Below the pieces are notes generated by a model. That model searched no databases. It was not told where the DNA came from and was given only the letters and a program-made list of their open reading frames with translations. DNA of 64,000 nucleotides from an uncultured bacterium (GTDB lineage: Bacteria; Verrucomicrobiota; Kiritimatiellia; RFP12; UBA1067), in contig CACXRO010000010.1 of NCBI GenBank assembly GCA_902770045.1, forward strand, positions 25,857 to 89,856. The letters are read 5' to 3'. The position numbers and the translations under genes are program-made. Of this stretch, positions 30,540 through 39,000 are shown in pieces. Position 1 is the stretch's first letter. Every line of letters begins with the position of its first letter.

Positions 30540-31297
30540 TGAAGGCGCTTGCGGACGCAGTCGCCGGCGCGAAGTGCGTCGCGGCGATGACCGGGGCCGG
30601 CGTGTCGACGCTCTGCGGCATACCGGACTTCCGCGGTCCCAAGGGGCTCTACCGGAACCCCGACGCCGAGCGCATCTTCGACATCGGCTGGTTCGACCGC
30701 GACCCCTCGGTGTACTACCGCGGGTGCCGCGACCTCATCTACGGGCTGGACGCGTTCTCGCCCGGGCCGGTGCACCTCGCGCTCAAGCGGCTCGAGGACG
30801 CGGGCAGGCTCGCCGGCATCGCCACCCAGAACATCGACATGCTCCACCAGAAGGCCGGCTCGTCGAACGTGTACGAGGTCCACGGCTCGCCGACAATGCA
30901 CCACTGCCGCCGGTGCGGGGACGCGAAGGGCTTTGGCGAGATCCGCGCGATGATCGAGGCGAACGGCGGGCTCGGCGCGCTCGACTCCGGCTACGTCCCG
31001 CGGTGCGCGTGCGGCGGCGCGTACAAGCCGGACATCACCTTCTTCGGCGAGGCGCTCCCCGAGGAGGCGTTTCTGCGCTCGAAGGAGCTGGCGATGCGCG
31101 CGGACGTGATGCTCGTCCTCGGCACGTCGCTCACAGTGTTCCCGGCGGCCGGGCTCCCGCGGCTCACGCTCCAGAAGGGCGGCAGGGTGTTCATCGTGAA
31201 CGCCCAGCCGACTCCGCTCGACGCCTACGCCGCCGCCCGCTACCCCGACCTGCGCGAGTTCGCGGAAATGGTCCTCTCCACCTGGCCGGAAAGCTGA
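30539..31297 (+). CDS. cobB: NAD-dependent protein deacylase, Sir2/CobB family
   Basis: GAGVSTLCGIPDFRG, TQNIDMLH, Zn-binding CRRCG..CACGG and GTSLTVFP are all present. TGATG overlap with nrdD. Confidence 0.85.
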   Translation: MKALADAVAGAKCVAAMTGAGVSTLCGIPDFRGPKGLYRNPDAERIFDIGWFDRDPSVYYRGCRDLIYGLDAFSPGPVHLALKRLEDAGRLAGIATQNIDMLHQKAGSSNVYEVHGSPTMHHCRRCGDAKGFGEIRAMIEANGGLGALDSGYVPRCACGGAYKPDITFFGEALPEEAFLRSKELAMRADVMLVLGTSLTVFPAAGLPRLTLQKGGRVFIVNAQPTPLDAYAAARYPDLREFAEMVLSTWPES

Positions 31298-31421
31298 GGG
31301 AAGATGAGACTTGGGTGATGTATTCCAGCTTCCTGCAAACGGCGTGAGCCTTGCCGAGGCGCGGACTGCCATCGAGCGACTCCGTTCAAGGGGGTGTTCG
31401 GGGTTTTCATAGGAGAACGGC

Positions 31422-32756
31422 ATGGGTAGGGGCAAGAATCCGTTTGATAGAATCGTGGGGCCGGACGGCGAGTGGCGGGTGCCGGTGCCGGGAGTCGAGG
31501 TTGGCCCGCGCGAGGAATTCATGCTGCGGTGTCTGAACGCGGCTGTGAACTTGCGAGGAGTCCTGACCTACGGCGAGTTCTGCGATGTCTACAACCGCTA
31601 TGCGCCCGATCACGACGAGCCGGTGTCAAATTCGCTGGATGAAGACGAGCTGTCTGATTTTCTGGTCCGCGTCGCTGGTTGCAGAGAGGGCGATGGCTCG
31701 GCAATGGACGCGCTGATCGACGAGTTCGGTATGTATTTCGTCTGCTGGCGCGACCACCGCACTGGTGAGAAGGTCGTTGCCGCGGCTGAGATGTTCTGCC
31801 ACCGGGACGCGGATGGCTGCTATCAGGAGCCGGAAGGCGATGCCGCCGACCTGAAGTCGTTCTTTGACAAGCGCGTGGCGGCAGCGCGCGATGTGCAGCG
31901 CGGCATCACTTACCCTGATCTAGACGAGGATCTTTTTCTGTCCTTCGAATTCCCAGACGACGATGACGACGAGTATCCTAACGGCGCCGGCGACGACGGG
32001 GAGACCGGCGAAGAGGTCCGAGTCGAGGACCTGCCGCCGGCGAAGTTCACTGGGCCGTTCGACTTCAAGTCCGTGAAGGACCCATCAGTGCGCGACAAGC
32101 TGCTCTGGGACTACGAGGGCGTCCGGCTCGTTACGCGCGACTTCGTTCGCCGCGAGGTCATGCGCGAGCTGACGGGCGACGAGCGCCGCGCCGCGGCGAA
32201 GCGGCTCGGCTTCAAGATCGACGGGCAAACCGGCTTTGTCGCAGATCCCAACCTCGACATGGTCGTCGGGGACTTCGCGGCAATGATGGACGACCAGCAC
32301 GGCGAACCGGCGATCAAGCGCATCATGAAGCGCAAGGACAAGCTCGAGGACGACCTCGGCCGCGCCGCCTCAGAATACTACGAGAACTACCGCTACACGT
32401 GGCTTGAGGTGCTGGCGTCAAAGGCGGGAGTCGGTCTCAAGTGCCGCGACCTGATGACCTGCGAGGACATCTTCCTCATGGAGACGAGCCTCAGCCGGGA
32501 CAATGTGAAGGGGATGACGATCTGCGCAGGCATCGCGCCGATGGGCGAGGTTTACCTCTCGCTCGGCGTCATCCATCCCGCGAACTTCGAGAATCCAGCG
32601 ACGATCCTCAAGATCGTCTTGACTTATCTGGGGCTGCCGACAGAGCTGCCGGTTCGCCTTTCGTTTGCCGACCAGGCGCGATTCGCCGCGGAGACGATCC
32701 GCCGCGTACACGCCAATGGCAAGTTCGACACCATCACCTACGGAACCATGGAATGA
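31422..32756 (+). CDS. hypothetical protein (444 aa, acidic N-terminal half), no recognisable domain
   Basis: Clean ORF with an AGGAG ribosome-binding site. GC and codon usage are lower than in the flanking genes. Its stop overlaps the nrdG start (ATGA). Confidence 0.6.
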   Translation: MGRGKNPFDRIVGPDGEWRVPVPGVEVGPREEFMLRCLNAAVNLRGVLTYGEFCDVYNRYAPDHDEPVSNSLDEDELSDFLVRVAGCREGDGSAMDALIDEFGMYFVCWRDHRTGEKVVAAAEMFCHRDADGCYQEPEGDAADLKSFFDKRVAAARDVQRGITYPDLDEDLFLSFEFPDDDDDEYPNGAGDDGETGEEVRVEDLPPAKFTGPFDFKSVKDPSVRDKLLWDYEGVRLVTRDFVRREVMRELTGDERRAAAKRLGFKIDGQTGFVADPNLDMVVGDFAAMMDDQHGEPAIKRIMKRKDKLEDDLGRAASEYYENYRYTWLEVLASKAGVGLKCRDLMTCEDIFLMETSLSRDNVKGMTICAGIAPMGEVYLSLGVIHPANFENPATILKIVLTYLGLPTELPVRLSFADQARFAAETIRRVHANGKFDTITYGTME

Positions 32757-33256
32757 ACTACGCGTCAATCAGGACCTGCGACGTCGCTAACGGGGAGGGG
32801 GTGAGGGTCTCGCTCTTCGTCTCCGGCTGCACCCACCGCTGCAAGGGGTGCTTCAACGAGGAGGCGTGGGACTTCGCCTACGGCAAGCCCTTTACCCGCG
32901 AGGTGGAGGACGAGCTCCTCGCCGCGCTCGCGCCGCCGCACATCGCCGGGCTCTCGCTCCTCGGCGGCGAGCCGATGGAGCCGGAGAACCAGCGCGCGCT
33001 CGTGCCGTTCCTCCGGCGCTTCCGGGAGCGCTTCGGCGCCACTCGCACGCTCTGGGTGTACACGGGCTGCGTCCTCGAGACCGAGCTTAAGTCGCCGTCG
33101 CGCTGGCGCACGGAGCTCACCGACGAGTTCCTCTCGATGGTCGACGTGCTCGTGGACGGCCCGTTCGTCGAGCCGCTGAAGGACATCTCGCTCGCCTTCC
33201 GCGGCAGCTCCAACCAGCGCGTCCTGCGCCTCGCCGACGGCCGCCGCTCGGCCTGA
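32753..33256 (+). CDS. nrdG: anaerobic ribonucleotide reductase activating protein (radical SAM)
   Basis: CTHRCKGC is a Cx3Cx2C cluster, and the small size is typical of NrdG. Confidence 0.85.
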   Translation: MNYASIRTCDVANGEGVRVSLFVSGCTHRCKGCFNEEAWDFAYGKPFTREVEDELLAALAPPHIAGLSLLGGEPMEPENQRALVPFLRRFRERFGATRTLWVYTGCVLETELKSPSRWRTELTDEFLSMVDVLVDGPFVEPLKDISLAFRGSSNQRVLRLADGRRSA

Positions 33257-33280
33257 GGCTCAGGCGGCGCAGTTTTTGAA
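33253..33280 (+). terminator. hairpin plus T-run after nrdG
   Basis: gcctgag-g-ctcaggc is followed by ggcgcagtttttg. Confidence 0.5.
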
Positions 33281-33289
33281 ATACCCCCC

Positions 33290-33319
33290 TTGCGCTCCAA
33301 CGCCTGAATATGATATACT
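33290..33319 (+). promoter_or_regulatory. promoter of the tRNA cluster (-35 TTGCGC, -10 TATACT)
   Basis: The spacer is 18 nt, and the tRNA begins about 17 nt after the -10. Confidence 0.45.
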
Positions 33320-33336
33320 ACGCAATGTTTTCCGAT

Positions 33337-33412
33337 GCGAGGATAACTCAGTTGGTAGAGTGCCACCTTGCCAAGGTGGTTGTCGCGGGTTCGAGTCCCG
33401 TTCCTCGCTCCA
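33337..33412 (+). tRNA. tRNA-Gly (GCC)
   Basis: Cloverleaf gcgagga..tcctcgc with anticodon loop ttGCCaa. CCA is encoded. Confidence 0.85.
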
Positions 33413-33429
33413 GAAAGCCAAGGTGAAAT

Positions 33430-33505
33430 GGGGGCGTAGCTCAGCTGGTAGAGCAAGTGACTCTTAATCACTGGGTCCAGGGTTCGAATCCCTGCGCCCC
33501 TACCA
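33430..33505 (+). tRNA. tRNA-Lys (CTT)
   Basis: Cloverleaf with anticodon loop ctCTTaa and T-arm GGTTCGAATCC. CCA is encoded. Confidence 0.8.
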
Positions 33506-33523
33506 TTTCGACCAGACGATGAT

Positions 33524-33599
<76 letters not shown>

Positions 33600-33863
33600 A
33601 GTATTGCGATGCGCAGCCATCCTTGCTAAATGTTTTCCAAACTTATGTGTAAAGCGCGGCAGGATTGCATCTGTGCCGTAAAAAGTATTCTTCTGCCAAT
33701 CGGCACTTGTCGCCATGTCAAAAAGTAACCTAATATTTTACAAATCGTCCGATTGGCAAAAAGTTAAGATACCCCATTGACGCGCAAGAAAGGAATATGG
33801 TAAAATATGCGCCGTTGAGTTATCGCAACTTGCGCAGAAACGCAAGGAACGCAAAATGAGACG

Positions 33864-34667
33864 ATGAAGGTAAAGAACTGGATTATAGATCGAGAAAGAA
33901 CAGGGCGGCTTTGCTTCTCGCGTGACGATGTGGCGGAGGCGTTCCCTTCGCTTTCAGCCTCGTCTATAGACTCGTCGTTGTCGCGTTTCCGCTCCAATGG
34001 TCTGATTCAGGCTGTCCACAGGGGCTTCTACTGCGTAATACCTGCCCATTACGCATATGTGGGCAATGTTCCACCGTCGTATTATATTGACAGTCTGATG
34101 AAGTGGCTTGGCAGACCCTACTACATTGCGCTCCTCTCTGCTGCGGAAATGTTCGGCGCAGCCCATCAGAAGCCGATGGTGACCCAGGTCATGACCGAAT
34201 TGCCATGCTTCAGCTATTCCAAGAAGAAGAACGATTCCGTCGACTGGCAGTTCCGTTCGCGTGTGCCTTCCCAGTTCGTTTTGCGCAGGAACGGGGAGAA
34301 CGGGCAAATTGCCTATTCAAGTGCGGAACTTACGGCGATAGACCTTGTGCGCTATTCCCACAGCGCAGGGGGACTCTCGTCCGTCGCCACCGTCCTTGCA
34401 GAGCTTCGAGAGGCTACCGATTTTAGCGGGGCTGGGCAGGGAGTTTTCAAGATCGCCGATTTCGCAGATGTGCAACGGCTCGGATACATCTACGACGCCA
34501 TACTTGGCGATGGTGCGCAGTCAGAAACAATCCATGACGAGTTGCTTTCGCTGCGAAGAGATCTAAAGCCTGTCGTTCTCGATCCTGGGCTTCCATCCGA
34601 TGGCGCGGAAATCAATCGCAGATGGAGGGTGAAGGTCAATCAGAAAATCGAGGTGGACGAGGTATGA
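33864..34667 (+). CDS. abiEi: type IV toxin-antitoxin system AbiEi-family antitoxin/regulator
   Basis: Size, position upstream of a DUF1814 toxin with ATGA overlap, and a low-GC gene all fit AbiEi. Confidence 0.55.
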   Translation: MKVKNWIIDRERTGRLCFSRDDVAEAFPSLSASSIDSSLSRFRSNGLIQAVHRGFYCVIPAHYAYVGNVPPSYYIDSLMKWLGRPYYIALLSAAEMFGAAHQKPMVTQVMTELPCFSYSKKKNDSVDWQFRSRVPSQFVLRRNGENGQIAYSSAELTAIDLVRYSHSAGGLSSVATVLAELREATDFSGAGQGVFKIADFADVQRLGYIYDAILGDGAQSETIHDELLSLRRDLKPVVLDPGLPSDGAEINRRWRVKVNQKIEVDEV

Positions 34668-35470
34668 TAGACAGAGCGTCGATCACAAACTGGAGTGTTG
34701 CGCATCCATGGGGGCAGAAGTCGTTTGTCGAACAGGACCTTGTGATATCGCGGGCTCTTGTGTCCATTTATTCCGACCCATTGCTCTCCGAGGCGCTGGC
34801 GTTTCGCGGCGGGACGGCGTTGCACAAGCTCTATCTTGCGCCGCAGGTCAGATATTCCGAGGACATAGACCTTGTGCAGGTGGAGCCTGGCCCGATAAAG
34901 CCGATAGTGGAGAGACTCGATGCCGTGCTCGCCTGGCTCCCGGGTAAAACCTTCGACCTTCGCCGGTTCGGTTTCAGGATGCGCTTTCGCTACGATTCAG
35001 AACTGCCGCCGTCGGTGCCAATGCGTCTGAAGGTGGAGGTGAATACATACGAGCACTTCTCCGAACTCGGATTTGTGAGAATGCCGTTCATGGTCGAGAA
35101 CGCATGGTTCAGCGGCTCGTGCGAAATAAAGACATACGCGCTGGAGGAGTTGCTGGGAACAAAACTTCGCGCACTCTACCAGCGGAAGAAGGGGCGAGAC
35201 CTCTTCGATATTGATTACGCCATGAAGCGTGCAGAAGTCGACATCGATGCCGTACTGCGCTGCTGGAGAAGGTACATGACGTATGGCGGCAATATGGCAC
35301 CCACAGCGAAAGAGTTCCTTGCGAACATGGAGGAGAAGCTGACGATGCCTGAATATTGCGACGATGTGAGATTGATGCTTCGTCCAGGCACCAACTTCTC
35401 CGTAGATGCGGCATATTCATTCGTAAAGGACAGTTTCATAGACCGCTTGACAACCTCAACCGCCAAATAG
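34664..35470 (+). CDS. abiEii: nucleotidyltransferase AbiEii/AbiGii toxin family protein (DUF1814)
   Basis: FRGGTALHKLYL..RYSEDIDL is the DUF1814 nucleotidyltransferase motif. Confidence 0.7.
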   Translation: MIDRASITNWSVAHPWGQKSFVEQDLVISRALVSIYSDPLLSEALAFRGGTALHKLYLAPQVRYSEDIDLVQVEPGPIKPIVERLDAVLAWLPGKTFDLRRFGFRMRFRYDSELPPSVPMRLKVEVNTYEHFSELGFVRMPFMVENAWFSGSCEIKTYALEELLGTKLRALYQRKKGRDLFDIDYAMKRAEVDIDAVLRCWRRYMTYGGNMAPTAKEFLANMEEKLTMPEYCDDVRLMLRPGTNFSVDAAYSFVKDSFIDRLTTSTAK

Positions 35471-35547
35471 AAGGTGTAGGAGTTCTCCAATACACACGAC
35501 GGAGAACTTTGGAGAGAATCGTAAAATATGAAATACCTTGATGTCCG

Positions 35548-35808
35548 CTAGCCACTTCTTCGGGATGGCGGAGAAGCCGTAGTGGCCGTCCGCCAATCCT
35601 TCGCCGTCGTCTCGATAGCCGTCCGCCGTCCCTCCACGATTTGCATATCGAAGACGTCGGCAACGGGGCTGCCGAGGCAGTCGCCGACGACAAGCCCCCT
35701 CAAAGCCCCCTTGGCCCTGTCGCGGAGGTCTGTCCCCGCATTCTCTTCCGCGTTGCCTTGGGCTTCTTGCTGCTCATCGTGTATCCTTTCGCTTGTTTTG
35801 GAAGACAC
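35548..35808 (-). pseudogene. truncated N-terminal fragment of an ADP-ribosylglycohydrolase family gene
   Basis: The minus-strand ORF encodes ..LRDRAKGALRGLVVGDCLGSPVADVF.., a strong match to the ARH N-terminal motif. The frame is lost after about 55 aa. Confidence 0.35.
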
Positions 35809-36031
35809 GGATTATACACGACAGGCGCGGCCCAAGGCAACGCGCAGTGTTGTCCACGTCCCGTATAATTGCTGAAAAATCGGGGGCTGCAGCAAACTTT
35901 CGCTGCGCTATTGACAGGTGCGGTGCCTTATGTTACCATACACAACCGTTTTAGGACATGGTGTCCTGAAAGGCTATGGGATGGTAGTGAACGAGAACAA
36001 CTGAACGATGTCAACAGAAAGGAACGTCGAT

Positions 36032-39000
36032 ATGAAAAGGATATTCACGGCAATCGCGGCGGCGATCGGTCTTGCCACGGGCGCATCGGCGGCGACGATC
36101 GACCTGTCGCATGTGACCTCCAATACGACTATCGCCCATGGTGATACCGTCACCGGCACGCTCACCCATAAGTGCAAGATATCCATCGCAGACGGCGCGA
36201 CGGTGACGCTTTCGAACGTGACCATCACCACAAACAGCGTCGGCACGTCCGAAGGCTCGTGGGCGGGCATCACGTGTCTCGGCAGCTCTACGATCATCCT
36301 TTCCGGCGTAAACACCGTACACGGATTTCGCGAACCGCCCAACGCCGGCCATGCAAGATCCTTCCCTGCGATCGCCGTCGCCGCGAACAACTGGCTCTTC
36401 ATCCAGGGCGACGGTTCGCTGACGGCTGTCGGCGCCGATAACGCCGCCGGCATCGGCGGCGGCGGGAGCGAGTTCTATGTCGAAAACGGCGACAGCGGCC
36501 GCATCGTCATCAAGAGTGGCGACATTACGGCCATCGGCGGCTATGGCGGCGCCGGCATCGGAGGCGCATACGACAACGGCACATGCGGTCCCATCACCAT
36601 CGAAGGCGGCACTGTCACCGCCATAGGCGGCACTCGCGCCGCCGGCATCGGCGGCGGATACAGGGCCAGATGCGACGGCATCACCATCAACGGCGGCGTC
36701 GTCACCGCCAAAGGCCGCTCTGGCGGCGCCGGCATTGGCGGCGGATACGAGTCCTGCGGCGCCATCACCATCAAAGGCGGCACCATCGTCGCCACGGGCG
36801 GGGCCGGGGAAGACATATTTGGCGTGGCTGGCTCGTCCAAATACTTTTACCAGAGCGTCGGCGGCGCCGGCATCGGCGGAGGCGCCAACGGCTCATGCGG
36901 CGGCATCGTCATCGATGGCGGCACCATCGCGGCCACGGGCGGCGTCATCGCGGCGGGCATAGGCTCCGGGACAAAGGGGTCGTGCGGCAACATCACCATC
37001 AACTATGGCTGGATTTCCGCCTGTGGCGGCGGCGGCAACGTCACGAACTATGTCAGTTCCGCCCCGCGTTCGGTAACGGGCTATGCAGGCGGCGCCGGCG
37101 TCGGCTGCGGATACAACGCCAGATGCGGCGATATCGCCATCAACGGCGGTACCGTCTTCGCCGCCGGCGGCATCGCGGCCGCGGCGATCGGCGGCGGCGG
37201 ACACTCGTACATCTTGCAGCAGCTTTCCCCCGGAGTCAGCAGCACATGCGGCAACATCTCCATCACACTTGCAACGGGGAACGGCACATGCGTCTATGCG
37301 GACGCAGGCGGCAGCGGCAGCATTGCCATCGGCGCGGGCGACTACGGCAAATGCGGCGAGGTCACCTTGGCCGATGGGCTGTACGACTGGAACAATGTCT
37401 CGGGCTTTCGCAGGGTCTCATGGAACGGCGACTTTTCGCTGCTCTCAGGCGGCGACACGTATATCGTTACCGGAACGCATCTGCGCGGTACATTCTCGGG
37501 GGCCGGGAAGCTGACCATCGCCAATGGCGCGGTGGTGTTTCTCGAAGGCGTGTCCATCATCGGCTACAACAACACGAAGTATCCGTGGGCGGGTCTCGAA
37601 TGCCAGGGCGATGCGACCATCTACCTTGCGGGCGACAACATGGTCAAGGGCAACTACAAGGACTGCCCCGGCATCCATGTGCCCGCCGGCAAGACGCTGA
37701 CGTTCACCGGGAGCGGCTCGCTCGCCGCGTATGGCGGTGGCACCACGGGCTCCGGGGCCAGCCGCTCGGCCGGCATCGGCGGCGGCTACAACATCGATTG
37801 CGGCAACGTCGTCATCGCGGGCGGCGACATCACCGCCGTTGGCGGCCAGTACGCCGCCGGCATCGGCGGCGGCTATGGCGCCGCGTGCGGCAGCATCGTC
37901 ATCAGCAACGGAATCTCCCACGTCACCGCGACACGCGGCGACGGTGCCTCCAACCCGATCGGCAAGGGCTATTCCGGTTCGGGCGGTCTGGTGAAAATTG
38001 ACAGCGGGCTGAGCGACGTGATAATCGGAGTGACGCGCTACATCGGAAGTTCGATCGTGAAGCTCGACGCGCTCACCGGGGCGAGGACGGCGGAAGACGG
38101 CGCGACATTGACGGGGTCGTTCTCCTCTATCGACAAATACAAGATCACCATCGCAGACGGCGCGACGGTGACGCTTTCGGGCCTGAAGATCTACGGCGAG
38201 AACTCCAACAAATATCCGTTCGCTGGCCTCACGTGCGAGGGCGACGCCACGATCATCCTCGAGGGCGACAACATCGTCGATGGATTCTACTACTACCCCG
38301 GCATCTTCGTTCCCCCGGGCAAGACGCTGACGATCAAGGGCGACGGCTCGCTGATGGCGAGAAGCAGCAACGAGGGCAATGGCGCCGCGGCCGGCATCGG
38401 CGGCGGCTACAAGATCGACTGCGGCAACATCGTCATCGAGGGCGGCAGCATAACCGCCATCGGCGGCGACAATTGTCCCGGCATAGGCGGCGGCCATAAC
38501 GCCGCGTGCGGCGACATCACGATCGGGCCGGGCATCAGGCGCGTCGAGGCGACGCGCGGTCCAAGCGGGTTGCTGCCCATCGGCAGGAGCGAGACCGGCA
38601 CATGCGGCACCATCACCGTGGATCCCAGCCTGAACGACAGGACGGCCACTTCGGGGTTGTACCTCCAGACGCGCTACATCTCGACCTGCAATCTGAGCAT
38701 GATCGCGGAAGATACGGTATTCTCGAACGGCGCGATCCTGACGGGGACGCTTGACGGCGAGTGCAAGATAAGCCTCCTCGGCGGCACGGTGACGCTCAGG
38801 GATGTGTCGATCTACGGCATGGACATCGAGAGCTGTCCGTTCGCGGGCATCACCTGCATCGGCGACACGACGCTCATCCTCGAAGGCGAGAACTTCGTCC
38901 AGGGATTCCTGAAGACCTATCCCGGCATCCATGTGATGCCCGGCAAGACGCTGACCATCAAGGGGAGCGGATCGCTGACGGCACAAAGCCACGACGTCGG

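Larger units (their letters stand above)
33600..36031 (+). mobile_element. low-GC genomic islet downstream of tRNA-Phe (AbiE pair plus gene remnant); no integrase visible
   Basis: There is a sharp GC drop to ~50% in an otherwise ~68% GC window, directly after the tRNA 3' end. It carries an abortive-infection toxin-antitoxin pair and a truncated gene. Confidence 0.4.

Noticed and set aside
30539-31297. Sir2 as a defence-system effector (Thoeris/DSR-like)
   Set aside because: The protein has the full canonical sirtuin catalytic motifs plus a Zn ribbon and normal size (252 aa). It has no TIR, SLOG or Macro partner. It looks like a housekeeping CobB-type deacylase, although its operon context is unusual (see findings).
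33600-36031. Integrase, transposase or attachment-site repeats defining a complete mobile element
   Set aside because: No recombinase-like ORF was found. No clear direct repeat of the tRNA-Phe 3' end was found by eye on the distal side. The islet is therefore called only as a low-GC insertion.
35869-36144. Small + strand ORFs in the decayed region (35356-35541, 35582-35875, 35869-36144)
   Set aside because: They have no motifs or ribosome-binding sites and overlap each other and the ARH remnant. They are more likely random ORFs in degenerating sequence.
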